Source: Myxococcota bacterium (lineage in GTDB: Bacteria > Myxococcota_A > UBA9160 > SZUA-336). From it: 64,000 nucleotides of DNA. The DNA lies in contig CBDFGR010000003.1 in assembly GCA_965247115.1 (NCBI GenBank), forward strand, positions 2,144,001 to 2,208,000, in the 5' to 3' direction. Of this stretch, positions 9,359 through 19,918 are shown one piece after another. A program made the position numbers and the translations under genes. Below the pieces are notes generated by a model, which ran no database searches, was not told the DNA's origin, and was given only the letters and a program-made list of their open reading frames with translations. The first letter of the stretch is position 1. The number at the start of each line of letters is the position of its first letter.

Positions 9359-10348
9359 GTGACTGAATCCCTGCATACCCGCCATCTCGCCGGGCGCGAG
9401 ATGATCATCGCGATCGACTCGACCCAGCGCGGGCCCGCGCTGGGTGGGTGTCGTTGGAAGACCTACCCCGACAGTGCGGCGGCGCGGGACGAGGCCCGCG
9501 CTCTGGCCGCAGCCATGACGCGCAAGGCGGCGCTGGCCCGATTGGCTCTGGGAGGTGGCAAGGCCGTCGTCGTGGGCGATCCCTGCAAGCGCACCCGCGA
9601 GGAGCTGCTGGCCTTCGGGGACTTCGTGGAGAGCCTGGGCGGCGCCTACATCACCGCCGCGGACATGGGGAGCGGTGAGCAGCAGATGGCCATCATTCGC
9701 GAGCGGACCAGCCAGGTGCTGGGCCTGCCCCGCGGAGTCGGAGGCTGTGGGGATCCAGGCCCATTCACGGCCCGGGGCGTCTACATGGCGCTGCTCTTCG
9801 CACTTGGCGGTTCGGTATGTGGGGCCCGGGTGGTGGTTCAGGGCACGGGAAACGTCGGTGGACCGCTCGCACGTCTGCTGATCGACGGAGGGGCAGCGGT
9901 CGTGGCGAGCGATACGAACCGGCAGGCCCTCGAGTCGCTGCCGCACGAGGTGCGCGTGGTAGATCCTGGAGAGGTCACCGGCGTTCCTTGCGAGGTCTTT
10001 GCCCCGTGTGGCCCGGCTGGCGTCCTGGATCAGAGGCTCGCCGGCGAGATCTCCTGTCGGGTAGTTTGCGGCGCCGCGAACAACCCGCTGACAGATCCTG
10101 CCGTGGCCGGGGTGCTGCAGGAGCGCGGGGTGTTGTACGTCCCGGACTTCCTTTCGAACGCGGGCGGGCTCATCCATCTCGCTGTAGCGCTGGAGGGCGG
10201 GGATGCCGAGACGACGGTTGAGCGCCTGCAGGTCATTCCCGACAACCTGGAGGAGGTCCTCACCGCCGTGAAGTCGGAAGGTGGCGACACGCTCTCGGCC
10301 GCCGAGCGTCTCGCGAAGCGGCTACTCGCAGGAGGAGAGCGCGTCTAG
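9359..10348 (+). CDS. Glu/Leu/Phe/Val dehydrogenase family (leucine dehydrogenase-like)
   Basis: IDSTQRGPALGGCR, MTRK, LGGGKAV, YITAADMG, QGTGNVG, GAANN, PDFLSNAGG. Confidence 0.9.
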   Translation: MTESLHTRHLAGREMIIAIDSTQRGPALGGCRWKTYPDSAAARDEARALAAAMTRKAALARLALGGGKAVVVGDPCKRTREELLAFGDFVESLGGAYITAADMGSGEQQMAIIRERTSQVLGLPRGVGGCGDPGPFTARGVYMALLFALGGSVCGARVVVQGTGNVGGPLARLLIDGGAAVVASDTNRQALESLPHEVRVVDPGEVTGVPCEVFAPCGPAGVLDQRLAGEISCRVVCGAANNPLTDPAVAGVLQERGVLYVPDFLSNAGGLIHLAVALEGGDAETTVERLQVIPDNLEEVLTAVKSEGGDTLSAAERLAKRLLAGGERV

Positions 10349-11188
10349 GATCTTCGGCGAGACCAGGTCGGGATCCAGCTGAAGCTTGGGTTTGACGCTG
10401 CGAAGGACGCGGAAGGCACCGCAGGCCGCCGCGTCTCGCTCGAAGGCCACGTACGCGAAGATCAGATGCTTGAACAGCTGCTCCCGGTCAGCGTCGTCAC
10501 CTTGGGCGAGCAGCGGTGTGCGAAGCGCCTCCAGAAGCTCCAGCGACTCCTCGAAGCGGCCATCCAGGTATGCATTCACGGCGCGTCGCAGCTCAACCTC
10601 GCCACCCCTTGGGGGTGCAGCCGAGACGTTCGCCGTCGGGGCGGGTCGGCGGGCCAGCTTCGTAAAGGGAACCCGCAACACGGCTCCGGACTGCAGGCGG
10701 CGAGGATCTTCGATCCGGTTCAGCTGCGCCAGGGCTGGGGCTCGGTCCGCGCTTCCGTAGAAGGTCCGAGAGACGGAGATCAGGGTGTCTCCCGAGTGGA
10801 TCCGCCATGGCAGCAGCTCTGGCATGGGGAGCACGACACCCGCCGGAGGGCCGTGGCCCGCGTCGAGCTCCAGGAAAACGGCCAGGTGCCGGCCGAGCTC
10901 CGCGTCTCCCCAGTGATCCCGCGCCAGGGAAGACCAGGTGTCGTTGGCGCTCACCTCGTGCTCCACGGCGGAGGGGAGCGAGAGCTCCAGTCCGGCGAGA
11001 GGATCCGTGCCCCCGAGGGCGTTCGTGGCTGCGAGGATCGCGGCGAGGCCAGGCTCCGAGTAGTAGTCGTTCGCAATCCCCGCAAGCGTTTGCTCCGGAC
11101 CGACCACGTGAACGAGGCGGCCCGCCTCGGCGTTCGTTGCGAGCAGCACCAGCGAGATCAAGAGCTCGGCGCGCCTCATGGGCCTCAT
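10322..11188 (-). CDS. Secreted multi-LysM domain protein with TPR-like C-terminus
   Basis: Signal peptide; three LysM-like units (HVVGPEQTLAGIA, HEVSANDTWSSLA, IHSGDTLISVS..LNRIEDPRRLQSG). Confidence 0.75.
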   Translation of the reverse strand: MRPMRRAELLISLVLLATNAEAGRLVHVVGPEQTLAGIANDYYSEPGLAAILAATNALGGTDPLAGLELSLPSAVEHEVSANDTWSSLARDHWGDAELGRHLAVFLELDAGHGPPAGVVLPMPELLPWRIHSGDTLISVSRTFYGSADRAPALAQLNRIEDPRRLQSGAVLRVPFTKLARRPAPTANVSAAPPRGGEVELRRAVNAYLDGRFEESLELLEALRTPLLAQGDDADREQLFKHLIFAYVAFERDAAACGAFRVLRSVKPKLQLDPDLVSPKILDALSSCE

Positions 11189-12429
11189 GGGAGTCCCGCC
11201 GCGTCGAAGACGTGACGCACTACTCGCTCCTCCCCCGGCTCCAGATCGAGGGTGTGGAGCGACTCACCGTAGCGAGGGTGCCGAAGCGCGACCGCGTGCC
11301 GTCCCGGAGCCAGTCGCAGAGGGCGCGCGCGCGGCGTGAGGAAGGGCCTCTCCTCGTCGACGGATACCTCTGCCCACGGGTAGACGGCAAAGAGGACGGC
11401 GGCGCTCTGACCCTGCATCACGGGGTCGAGATCGGAGAACAGCCCGCTCGATTGCTCGACGATGCCCGCGTCCACCGGGGGGCGGGACTCGGTGCGAAGC
11501 GGGGGGCCGAACGTCAGGAGTGCGATGCCGCCCAGCACGAGGGCCGAGGCGGTGGCGAGCAACGGCGCACGTTGCGGGCCGGACTTTGTTGTCGACGAGG
11601 AACCCTCACCCTCGAGCCCATCCTCGTTTTCTCCCTGCGTGCTCTCCCACAGCCACGCTGCGATCTCCGCACGTGCTTCAGCGGGACTCACACGGCGAGC
11701 GGAGCGAGCCAGCCCCTTGCTCAGGCGGGTGAGGGAGGGACGCCGTGCAGGCTCCGGATCCATGCAACGGCGCGTCAGCCTCGCGAGGCGAGGGTGACGA
11801 GCGCGAAGGGGTCGCAGCGCAGTGGCGCCAGGGGAGCCAACCAACATCTCCGCGAGGATCGCTCCCATGGCGTACACGTCGCCGCTCGGCAGGGGAGTGC
11901 CGCGGTCCGGCGGTGAGTAGGCTGTCGGCTCGGGCTCGGGCTGGTCTGCGTCACCACTCACCTCGTGCGCCGCTCCCAGACCGCATAGCTTCACGTCGCC
12001 CCAGCGGGACAGCAGAACGTTCTCGGGCCGCAGGTCGGAGTGGACGATGCCCTGGGCGTGGAGCGCGGTCACGCCATGAACCACCTGCTCCAGCAGCATC
12101 GCGACGAGCCTGGGTGGGATGTACCCAACCCGATTCAGCAGCGCGCGCAGGCTCGGCCCGTCCACGTGCTCCATGACCAGGTATTGGTCGCCGCGCTGGG
12201 AGAAGAAGTCGAACACCGCGACCACGTTCGGGTGGGCCACCCTGCCGGCGACACGCGCTTCGTGCTCCAGGCGAGCGACCAGGGAGGCATTCCCGAGCAG
12301 GTCGCGGCGCAGCTTGCGCACGACGACGCGGCGCTTGAGCCCGAGCTGTTCGGCCAGATAAAGGCCACTGGACCCGATGCGCTCGCCAATCTGAATGCTT
12401 CCGACGGACCCGCGTCCGGTCTCGCCCAT
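11185..12429 (-). CDS. Membrane Ser/Thr protein kinase-like protein (probable pseudokinase) with C-terminal PEGA-like domain
   Basis: HPNVVAVFD, LVMEHVDG, VHSDLRPENVLL, DVYAMGAIL; DFG replaced by CGLG; one TM segment; PWAEVSVD. Confidence 0.82.
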   Translation of the reverse strand: MGETGRGSVGSIQIGERIGSSGLYLAEQLGLKRRVVVRKLRRDLLGNASLVARLEHEARVAGRVAHPNVVAVFDFFSQRGDQYLVMEHVDGPSLRALLNRVGYIPPRLVAMLLEQVVHGVTALHAQGIVHSDLRPENVLLSRWGDVKLCGLGAAHEVSGDADQPEPEPTAYSPPDRGTPLPSGDVYAMGAILAEMLVGSPGATALRPLRARHPRLARLTRRCMDPEPARRPSLTRLSKGLARSARRVSPAEARAEIAAWLWESTQGENEDGLEGEGSSSTTKSGPQRAPLLATASALVLGGIALLTFGPPLRTESRPPVDAGIVEQSSGLFSDLDPVMQGQSAAVLFAVYPWAEVSVDEERPFLTPRARPLRLAPGRHAVALRHPRYGESLHTLDLEPGEERVVRHVFDAAGLP

Positions 12430-12454
12430 CGCTCTTGCGCCCCCGAGGCGGAAG

Positions 12455-13786
12455 CTACTTGGCGGGGGACGCCGCTGTCACCTCTAGGTAGAGCCAGTAG
12501 GCGACGAGAAAGTCCAGGCCCGTATACTCGACATCGGGCGCGACGCTGTAGTGGAGCCGGTAGGGGCTGGACTTCCATTCGAAGGAGCTCACGGGTCGGA
12601 GCTGCATCGGAACCAGGTCGCGCGCCTGGCGCCGCCACTTCCTGCCCGGGAGGAGCCGCTTCGGAAGTCTGGTCAGGGCAGTGGGTGGCGCGATCTTCCG
12701 TTTGTTGAGGGGGAAGGCGGCGAGTTGGTCGTGCGCCGTGTCCAGCAGCGCGGCGTCGCAGGCCTCGGGCTCGAGCTTGCAATACACGAGCGTGAAGTAC
12801 GCGTTGCGGTCCTCGCGCACGCGTCGCCACGTCCGCTTCATGCTGCGGAGCAGATCGGGAAGGGCTGGATCGTCGCTGCGTCGCAAGAGCGGAACCAGGA
12901 CTCTGTAGAGGTTCCACGCCATCAAGTCGTTCGAGCTGTTGGTGACACCGAACACGCCTAGGTTCGTGCGCTGCGCGCGGGCCACGACTCTGTCGTCGTC
13001 GCGCAGTCGATCGCGCTGTCGCGCCCAGCGCGGGTCCGGGTCGAGAGCGGCCCCGAGCGCGAAGACGCCGTAGCCTGTCAGCTGCGCGAGCGAGTTGAAG
13101 CCGAACCCGGAGCTGGCCGACAGGTCGCCGAAGCGAGTCGGCCTCCCGTCCGGATCCGTGAGATGCATCTCGTGCCTGAGCAGATGCTCCGCGCTCGCCA
13201 CGATCAGGGCGCGCGCTCTCTCCGGGAAGTGCTCGGCGCACAGACCGACCGCGGGCAAGAGCCCGTTCGCGTACTGATCCATCGAGACGTTCCCGCGGAA
13301 CGAGTACTCCTGGTAGCCCGGTCCGCCGCGCGACCACCTGCGTCGTTCGGGCGCGCCTTCCGGCGGGGCCGCGCGACGAGCCGCCCTGGCCAGCGGGCCG
13401 GAGCTCCCCGTCACCGCCATCAGTAGCTCCAGCCCCGCGAGCGCGCGATCCGCGTCCACGAGCGCGCTCCGTCGCGCCGGGCCGGACTCGAACGTGGCGC
13501 GACCACACGCAGCGCCCGCGAGCAGTCCCGTGAACGTCGCTCCATCCGCGAGATCGGGGTAGGTGCCCCGCACCAGGTCCGTCTCGATCGAGCGAAGGTC
13601 GATGCGGTAGAGCAGTAGGCCCTCGGGCGACAGGTGGCGCTGTTCGAGCGCACGCGCAAACACGAGTGCCTTTGTGGTCAACGGGTCCGGAGCCAGCAGA
13701 CCGAGCGCGAGGAGGGCTGGAAGTAGCGCCAATGCCACTGGCTCAGGGCTGACCGAGCGCGCTGGCCGCCGAGCGAGCCGGTGCAA
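12455..13786 (-). CDS. Exported hypothetical protein (start uncertain)
   Basis: Long ORF with hydrophobic N-terminal segment; co-oriented with neighbours; family not recognised. Confidence 0.6.
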   Translation of the reverse strand: MHRLARRPARSVSPEPVALALLPALLALGLLAPDPLTTKALVFARALEQRHLSPEGLLLYRIDLRSIETDLVRGTYPDLADGATFTGLLAGAACGRATFESGPARRSALVDADRALAGLELLMAVTGSSGPLARAARRAAPPEGAPERRRWSRGGPGYQEYSFRGNVSMDQYANGLLPAVGLCAEHFPERARALIVASAEHLLRHEMHLTDPDGRPTRFGDLSASSGFGFNSLAQLTGYGVFALGAALDPDPRWARQRDRLRDDDRVVARAQRTNLGVFGVTNSSNDLMAWNLYRVLVPLLRRSDDPALPDLLRSMKRTWRRVREDRNAYFTLVYCKLEPEACDAALLDTAHDQLAAFPLNKRKIAPPTALTRLPKRLLPGRKWRRQARDLVPMQLRPVSSFEWKSSPYRLHYSVAPDVEYTGLDFLVAYWLYLEVTAASPAK

Positions 13787-14750
13787 GCCGGGGGCTCGCG
13801 GTGGCGTAGTGTCCCCGGTAGGCGGTCGGGAGCAGGTCCGCGATCAGAAAGCCGATGGTCTGCGCCAGCTCGGCTCGCCTCGGACACGTGGCGCGCAGCA
13901 CTGCCGCGTCCACCGGACGGCCGAAGCGGATCTTCACCTCTGCGGGATGCACGTGCTCCTCCCCGAGGGGCATCAGCGTCTCCGTCCCCCAGATCCCGAA
14001 GGGAATCATCAGCGCGTGAGGATGCTCGAGATAGCGAGCGACTGCCGTCAGAGCGGGTTGCATCGCGCCGGAGCGGCTGCGCGATCCCTCGACGAAGATC
14101 AGGAGATGGTCGCCGCCTTCCTGGCGCATGCGAACGGCCGAGAGCGTGTCGACCGCGAGTCGAGCGACCTCGCGAAGCGACATAACTGCCTCGTCCGAGG
14201 CGCGTGTGGTGCTCTGCGGAATCTTGATCACTCCGAAACAGAGGCTCGCCAGCCTGCGGATCGGCAGCGAGAAGACCTTCGGGCCCACGACCACCGCGAG
14301 CCGATTCGCGACCTCCTCGAAACCGGCGGAGTTCAAGAGAGCGTCGACGACGTTGGCGTCTACGAAGGACAGATGGTTGCCGAGAAAGATGACCGGACGA
14401 GCTCGCGCGATCTCCACGAAGCCCGGATCGATCAGCTCGGAGCTCGGCTCGAGCACAACGCGGTGGATCGCCCGGGAGACCCTGCGAGCCACGAGATCGG
14501 GGGGATGGTACCCCCAGTGCTCTCCCGTGCTGGCGACCCGGGCGACCGCTCTCCGCAGGGCCGCCTCCGGGAAGTCTCCGAGCTCGGAGGCGACGAGCGG
14601 CAACAACCGTTCCTCGTCGCCGGCGCCCCACTCGGAGATCATTCTCGCGACTTCTCGAACGTGCTCGCTGCGCTCATTGCTCGGGTGCACGCCTTCCGCC
14701 ATCGGTGCCGAAACATAGGGCAGATGCCAGCGCGAAGCCGAAGACGCCAC
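13743..14750 (-). CDS. Lysophospholipid/glycerol-3-phosphate acyltransferase (PlsC family)
   Basis: NHLSFVD (HxxxxD) and IFVEGSRSRSG motifs. Confidence 0.85.
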   Translation of the reverse strand: MASSASRWHLPYVSAPMAEGVHPSNERSEHVREVARMISEWGAGDEERLLPLVASELGDFPEAALRRAVARVASTGEHWGYHPPDLVARRVSRAIHRVVLEPSSELIDPGFVEIARARPVIFLGNHLSFVDANVVDALLNSAGFEEVANRLAVVVGPKVFSLPIRRLASLCFGVIKIPQSTTRASDEAVMSLREVARLAVDTLSAVRMRQEGGDHLLIFVEGSRSRSGAMQPALTAVARYLEHPHALMIPFGIWGTETLMPLGEEHVHPAEVKIRFGRPVDAAVLRATCPRRAELAQTIGFLIADLLPTAYRGHYATASPRLAPARSAASALGQP

Positions 14751-14936
14751 CGAGGGGCGAGTTCGAGCCGGGGCGGAACACGGGGGCGCCGGGCTCGTGC
14801 CCTCCGTCGGTCTCGTACAGCGGGACTGTAAGCGCGTCGCTGGTGTGAACGGATAGCTCCTGAGGTCCGCTATCGGAACCGATTCCAGTAAGCCTGGATT
14901 GCCCGAGGTCTTCCCATATACCTAGATTCCCGCATC

Positions 14937-15695
14937 ATGCGGGATCGGCTGGCGATCGAACGACGTTTCGCGAAGTTCTACTCCACATTTGCTGCGGACT
15001 TCTCTCCGGACCTTCCGGTCTACACCGAGCTCGCCGCGAAGTATCCCGGCCCCGTGCTCGAGGTCGGCTGTCGAACCGGACGCGTCTCCGCACGGCTGGC
15101 CGCGTCTGGTCACGAAGTGTGCGCGGTAGACACGTCCCGACCGATGCTCGAGGTCGCGCGCGACAGGCTGGCGCGCTGGGGCGACCGGGTTCGGCTGGCG
15201 GACTTCGACCTCCGGCAGGGCGCTCTCTTCGACGGCTTCCACGTAGTCCTGGCGACGCTATACACCTTCAACGCCCTGATCGAGATCGAAGAGCAGCGGT
15301 TGTTCCTCCGCCACGTGTCCCGCTCCATGGGCTCCCCCGGGATCCTCGCGATCGACCTGTTCTGTCCGCTCTCGATCGTGCGGCCCGAGTCGGTTGGGCA
15401 GTGGAGCACGATCGAGCGCCGCTGCGGGGAGCTCAACCTCTCCTGCCGGGTCAAGCGCGAGATGCTCACGCCTCTGCTCGAGCGGCGCATTCAGGTATTC
15501 AAGGTGGGTCACGGCCCCGAGAGCGAGCTCGAGACCTACCGGCGCTACGTCCCGCCGCAGCAGGCCGCCTCCTTGCTGCGCGAGTCCGGCTTCGAGAGCG
15601 TCCGCTGGATCCAGGACTACGATCTCTCCTCGGCCCGCCCCGTCGAGCCCGGAGATCGCCCAACCGGCCCCTTCATCATTCTCGGAGAGAGATGA
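14937..15695 (+). CDS. Class I SAM-dependent methyltransferase
   Basis: GPVLEVGCRTGRV, AVDTSRPML, GILAIDL. Confidence 0.82.
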   Translation: MRDRLAIERRFAKFYSTFAADFSPDLPVYTELAAKYPGPVLEVGCRTGRVSARLAASGHEVCAVDTSRPMLEVARDRLARWGDRVRLADFDLRQGALFDGFHVVLATLYTFNALIEIEEQRLFLRHVSRSMGSPGILAIDLFCPLSIVRPESVGQWSTIERRCGELNLSCRVKREMLTPLLERRIQVFKVGHGPESELETYRRYVPPQQAASLLRESGFESVRWIQDYDLSSARPVEPGDRPTGPFIILGER

Positions 15696-15700
15696 GTCAG

Positions 15701-15951
15701 GTCTTGTGGGACCCGCCCGCGGGCGTCCGCGGCCACCCACTCTTCGCTCGCCTCCGGCTCGCTGCGCGCGCCGCTCCGCGGCGCTTGCAGGGTGCCGGTT
15801 AGAGGGCATATAGCCCGACTAGCCGGAACGTAGAATCAATCCCGCCCGGGTGTCTCCCTGCAAGCGCCGCGAATGCGGCGCGCGCAGCGAAGGCCGTAGG
15901 CCTGAGCGAAGGTGGGTGGCCCGCGGACGCCCGCGGGCCGGGTCCCACAAG
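15701..15951. repeat. Inverted doublet of family-B repeats (minus copy 15701-15789, plus copy 15859-15951)
   Basis: Both copies match the GCAAGCGCCGC...GGTCCCACAAG consensus in opposite orientation around a ~70 bp spacer. Confidence 0.88.
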
Positions 15952-15958
15952 GCAAGGA

Positions 15959-16072
15959 GTCGGTGGTCGGGAAACGTCCCCCGGAGGACTGTGGTAGCGG
16001 TATCCGAGGCGAGCAAGTCCTCTGTGCACGCAAGGAGCGGAGTCCGCCGGGGGACGTTTCCCGGCCTCCGAC
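15959..16072. repeat. 32-bp inverted repeat with 50-bp spacer upstream of leuC (family C)
   Basis: GTCGGTGGTCGGGAAACGTCCCCCGGAGGACT vs reverse complement of 16041-16072 GTCGGAGGCCGGGAAACGTCCCCCGGCGGACT (29/32 identical). Confidence 0.8.
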
Positions 16073-16160
16073 GGCGCCGGTCGTGTGCTGGCCACTTCGC
16101 AAGGCTCGTCGGATCGGTTAGAACCATGTTGGGGCGGGGGTTGGACCTGTCGAGGATGGT

Positions 16161-17564
16161 ATGGCGGGGACTCTGCTGGACAAGGTTTGGGATCTGCACA
16201 GCGTCAGGGAGCTGGACGGTGGGCAGACCCAGCTCTTTATCGGCCTGCACCTGATTCACGAGGTCACGAGCCCTCAGGGCTTTCAGATGCTGGAAGAGGC
16301 AGGGCACAAGCTGCTCTTTCCCGAGCGCACCTTCGCCACCGTCGACCACATCGTTCCGACCGACTCGCACGAGCGACCGCTCGCCGATCCGCTTGCCGAG
16401 GAGATGCTGGCGGTGCTCGATCGGAATACGCGGACCTACGGCATCGAGTTCTTCGGGATCGGCAGCGGCCGACAGGGGATCGTTCACGTCATCGGACCCG
16501 AGCTCGGACTCACCCAGCCCGGCATGACGATCGCGTGCGGCGATTCCCACACCTCGACGCACGGAGCGTTCGGCGCGATCGCCTTCGGAATCGGCACGAG
16601 CCAGGTGCGCGACGTGCTCGCGAGTCAGTGCCTGGCCATCGCGCGTCCCAAGGTGCGGCGTATCCGCGTGACCCGGGAGCTGGGCTACGGTGTGTACGCG
16701 AAGGACGTCATCCTGCACATCATTCGCACGCTCGGCGTGAAGGGCGGGGTCGGCTACGCGTACGAGTACGCCGGCCCGGTGATCGAGGGCTTCTCGATGG
16801 AGGAGCGGCTCACGCTCTGCAACATGTCGATCGAGGGCGGAGCGCGCGTTGGCTACGTCAACCCGGACGAGACGACCTTCGACTATTTGCGCGGTCTCCC
16901 CTACGCCCCGCAGGGGGAGGACTTCGATCGAGCGGTGCGGTGGTGGCGGTCGATCGCCAGCGACCCTGCCGCGAGCTATGCGGACGAGGTCGAGATCGAT
17001 GGCACCGAGGTCGCGCCGACCGTGACCTGGGGAACCCATCCCGGACAGAGCGTCGGCGTCGACCAGAGCTTGCCGCGACTCGACCAGGTCGACGAGGCCG
17101 ACCGCTCGGGGGCGGAGGAGGCGCTGCGCTTCATGGAGCTGCGCGCGGGTGAGCCGATCAAGGGGACACCGATCGATGTCGCCTTCATCGGTTCCTGCAC
17201 GAACAGCCGGATCTCTGACCTGCGCGAGGCAGCGAGGGTCGCTCGGGGCCGCACAGTGTCCCCGCACGTGCGCGCGCTCGTCGTTCCGGGTTCGGAGCAG
17301 GTCAAGCGGCAGGCCGAGGCCGAGGGGCTACACGAGACCTTCCTCGAGGCTGGCTTCCAGTGGCGGGAGGCCGGCTGCTCGATGTGTCTCGCGATGAACC
17401 CCGACAAGCTGGTCGGTCGCGAGCTCTGCGCGTCGAGTTCGAACCGGAACTTCCGCGGCAGGCAGGGCAGCCCCACCGGTCGCACCCTGCTGATGAGCCC
17501 GGCCATGGTGGCCCACGCCGCCATCGAAGGTCGCGTCAGCGACGTGAGGGAGGTCCCGAAATGA
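16161..17564 (+). CDS. leuC: 3-isopropylmalate dehydratase large subunit
   Basis: [52 protein letters not shown]. Confidence 0.97.
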   Translation: MAGTLLDKVWDLHSVRELDGGQTQLFIGLHLIHEVTSPQGFQMLEEAGHKLLFPERTFATVDHIVPTDSHERPLADPLAEEMLAVLDRNTRTYGIEFFGIGSGRQGIVHVIGPELGLTQPGMTIACGDSHTSTHGAFGAIAFGIGTSQVRDVLASQCLAIARPKVRRIRVTRELGYGVYAKDVILHIIRTLGVKGGVGYAYEYAGPVIEGFSMEERLTLCNMSIEGGARVGYVNPDETTFDYLRGLPYAPQGEDFDRAVRWWRSIASDPAASYADEVEIDGTEVAPTVTWGTHPGQSVGVDQSLPRLDQVDEADRSGAEEALRFMELRAGEPIKGTPIDVAFIGSCTNSRISDLREAARVARGRTVSPHVRALVVPGSEQVKRQAEAEGLHETFLEAGFQWREAGCSMCLAMNPDKLVGRELCASSSNRNFRGRQGSPTGRTLLMSPAMVAHAAIEGRVSDVREVPK

Positions 17565-18175
17565 GTGGAGCGGCGAGCGAGCAGATCCGGGAACGCCGTG
17601 GCCAGGGCATTGTGCTCCGCGGGAACGACATCGATACGGACCAGATCATTCCCGCCCGCTACCTGATCTCAACCCACTTTGCGGGGCTGGAGGAGGGGGT
17701 TTTTCAGGACCTTCGCTTCAATGCCAACGGCGAGGCGAAGGGTCACCCCTTTGATCGGGAGGAGTTCAAGAACGCCTCGATTCTGGTCGTGAACAAGAAT
17801 TTCGGCTGCGGGAGCTCACGCGAGCACGCTCCTCAGGCCCTCATGCGCTGGGGAATCCGCGCCATCATCGGCGAGTCCTTCGGCGAGATCTTCCACGGAA
17901 ACTGCGTCGCGCTCGGCGTCCCCGCAGCGGTGGTGGCGGAGGAGGATGTCGCGCAGCTGATGGATTCGGTCGAGCTGGATCCCTCTCAGGAGATCACGCT
18001 CGACCTCGTCGATCGTCTGGTCCGCTGGCGCAGTGGCTCAGCCCCTGCCACCGTCGGCGACGGCCCACGCCAGCAGCTCCTGGAGGGCACCTGGGACGCG
18101 ATGGCCACCCTGATCGCCGCCGAAGACCAGATTCGCGCCACCGAGAAGGCCCTTCCCTACCCCCGCTTTCGCTGA
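17561..18175 (+). CDS. leuD: 3-isopropylmalate dehydratase small subunit
   Basis: [43 protein letters not shown] overlap with leuC. Confidence 0.96.
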   Translation: MSGAASEQIRERRGQGIVLRGNDIDTDQIIPARYLISTHFAGLEEGVFQDLRFNANGEAKGHPFDREEFKNASILVVNKNFGCGSSREHAPQALMRWGIRAIIGESFGEIFHGNCVALGVPAAVVAEEDVAQLMDSVELDPSQEITLDLVDRLVRWRSGSAPATVGDGPRQQLLEGTWDAMATLIAAEDQIRATEKALPYPRFR

Positions 18176-18277
18176 AGCAAGCCCTGTCGGAGATCGAGAA
18201 CGTCCGAAGGTGGAACCGGGAGTTCTGGCGAGAGTTGCGCGCTTCAGGAATGATTCGCCGCGACCGCTAATGGGGAG

Positions 18278-18634
18278 GTGGACGGAGCCGCTTCGGGAGT
18301 GGCGTTCGCTGAGTTCCTGGCCGCGTTCCGGGCCTCGCTCGTCATTCTGAGCGGTGCCGCCCGGGGTGCCGAGCTGCCCCTCGACCAGCTGAGGGTCACC
18401 CTGGGACGGGGTCCTGGGGTCGACCTGTGCTTCGAAGACGGGGAGATGGCACGCGCGCATGCCGCGATCGAGTTCTCCGAGGGCTGCTATCAGATTCGGG
18501 CTCTGGCTGCTGGGAAGGAGCTCTTCCTGAACGGGGGCGAGACGGCGGCCGCAGAGCTGAAGAGTGAGGATCGCTTCCGACTCGGCGGCCACACCTTCCA
18601 GTTTCTGCTGGAAGAACGGCGCTTTCCGACCTAG
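18278..18634 (+). CDS. FHA-domain protein with degenerate phosphothreonine-binding motif
   Basis: VTLGRGPGVDL..MARAHAAIE..LFLNG..LKSEDRFRLG; canonical SxxH appears as ARAH. Confidence 0.7.
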   Translation: MDGAASGVAFAEFLAAFRASLVILSGAARGAELPLDQLRVTLGRGPGVDLCFEDGEMARAHAAIEFSEGCYQIRALAAGKELFLNGGETAAAELKSEDRFRLGGHTFQFLLEERRFPT

Positions 18635-18870
18635 TAGACGCGGAAGAAGCGCGCAGCACGGTAGGCAAACCAGATGCTCGCCACGTGGATCAGGAAGCCG
18701 GGCACCAGAATCGCCCAGTAGCCGAAGCTCGCGGCCAGGAACCACAGCAGGCCGACTCCGAGCTGCCCCGAGTAGACGTGGCCCAGGCCGGGCAGCAGCA
18801 CCGAGAGGACGGCCGCAATCCCCGGGCTCGGTCCCCGACGCACCTCGATGTCGTAGGTCTCTGACGGCAT
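18631..18870 (-). CDS. Small membrane protein (TM2/NINE-like)
   Basis: PGIAAVLSVLLPGLGHVYSG motif; GGAGG RBS before ATG 18870. Confidence 0.75.
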   Translation of the reverse strand: MPSETYDIEVRRGPSPGIAAVLSVLLPGLGHVYSGQLGVGLLWFLAASFGYWAILVPGFLIHVASIWFAYRAARFFRVY

Positions 18871-19015
18871 GGCACCTCCTTCCGTGATGTTGGGCAGACA
18901 GAGCAAGGGGTGTGCCCGGCTCGACGCGGGCAAAGCGGCCGCCACGAGGCGAGCTCGTGCATCCGGCTGCCGACAGGGCAGGACAGAAGCTGCAGCTCGT
19001 GAGATGCTCCCCAAG

Positions 19016-19918
19016 GTGCCAGAGCTCCCCGACATCACGGTCTACATCCGTGCCCTGGAGAGCCGCATCCGCGGGTACAGGCTGCAGACCGTTGAGCTCA
19101 AGTCCCCGTTTCTGCTGCGTTCCGTAGATCCGCCGCTGTCAGCGTTGGGGGGTCGACGTGTGCTCGGCCTGCGCCGCCTCGGAAAGCGGATCGTGATCGA
19201 GCTCGAGGACGAGCTCTTCTTGGTACTCCACCTGATGATCGCCGGGCGGCTGCATTGGCGCGAGCCCGGAGCCAAGCCGGGGCGTGCAGGGCTCGCGCGT
19301 TTCGAGTTCGACTCGGGCACGTTGACGCTGACGGAGGCGGGCAAGAAGCGGCGAGCCTCTCTCTACCTGGCGCAGGGGGAGGAGGCGCTCGCGCTCCACG
19401 ACCGCGGTGGTCTCGAGGTGCTCGAGTCGGATCGCGACGCCTTCGTCGCCGCGCTGACGCGTGGGAACCACACGCTGAAGCGGGCGCTGACCGATCCGCG
19501 TCTCCTCAGCGGTATCGGCAACGCCTACTCCGACGAGATCCTACACCGTGCGCAGCTGTCTCCGGTTCGACTGACGCAGAAGCTTTCCGGTACCCAGCTC
19601 ACGCGGCTGCACGCAGCGACCAGGGAGGTGCTCGAGGAGTGGATCGAGCGGATCGAGCAGGAGGCCGGTGAGGGGTTTCCCGAGAAGGTGACGGCCTTCC
19701 GACCGCAGATGGCCGTGCACGGGCGCTATCGTCAGCCCTGTCCGAGCTGCGGCTCGCCCGTGCAGCGCATCGTTCGCGCCAATAACGAGACCAACTACTG
19801 CGCAACCTGTCAGACGGAGGGAAAGCTCCTGGCCGATCGGGCGCTCTCGCGACTGCTCAAGCGGGACTGGCCGCGCACACTCGAGGAGCTGGAGGAGCGG
19901 CGCGCCTCAGACGACTGA
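19016..19918 (+). CDS. Fpg/Nei family DNA glycosylase
   Basis: N-terminal PELPD, RRLGK, HLMIAG, SGIGNAYSDE, C-terminal CPSC..YCATCQ zinc finger. Confidence 0.92.
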   Translation: MPELPDITVYIRALESRIRGYRLQTVELKSPFLLRSVDPPLSALGGRRVLGLRRLGKRIVIELEDELFLVLHLMIAGRLHWREPGAKPGRAGLARFEFDSGTLTLTEAGKKRRASLYLAQGEEALALHDRGGLEVLESDRDAFVAALTRGNHTLKRALTDPRLLSGIGNAYSDEILHRAQLSPVRLTQKLSGTQLTRLHAATREVLEEWIERIEQEAGEGFPEKVTAFRPQMAVHGRYRQPCPSCGSPVQRIVRANNETNYCATCQTEGKLLADRALSRLLKRDWPRTLEELEERRASDD

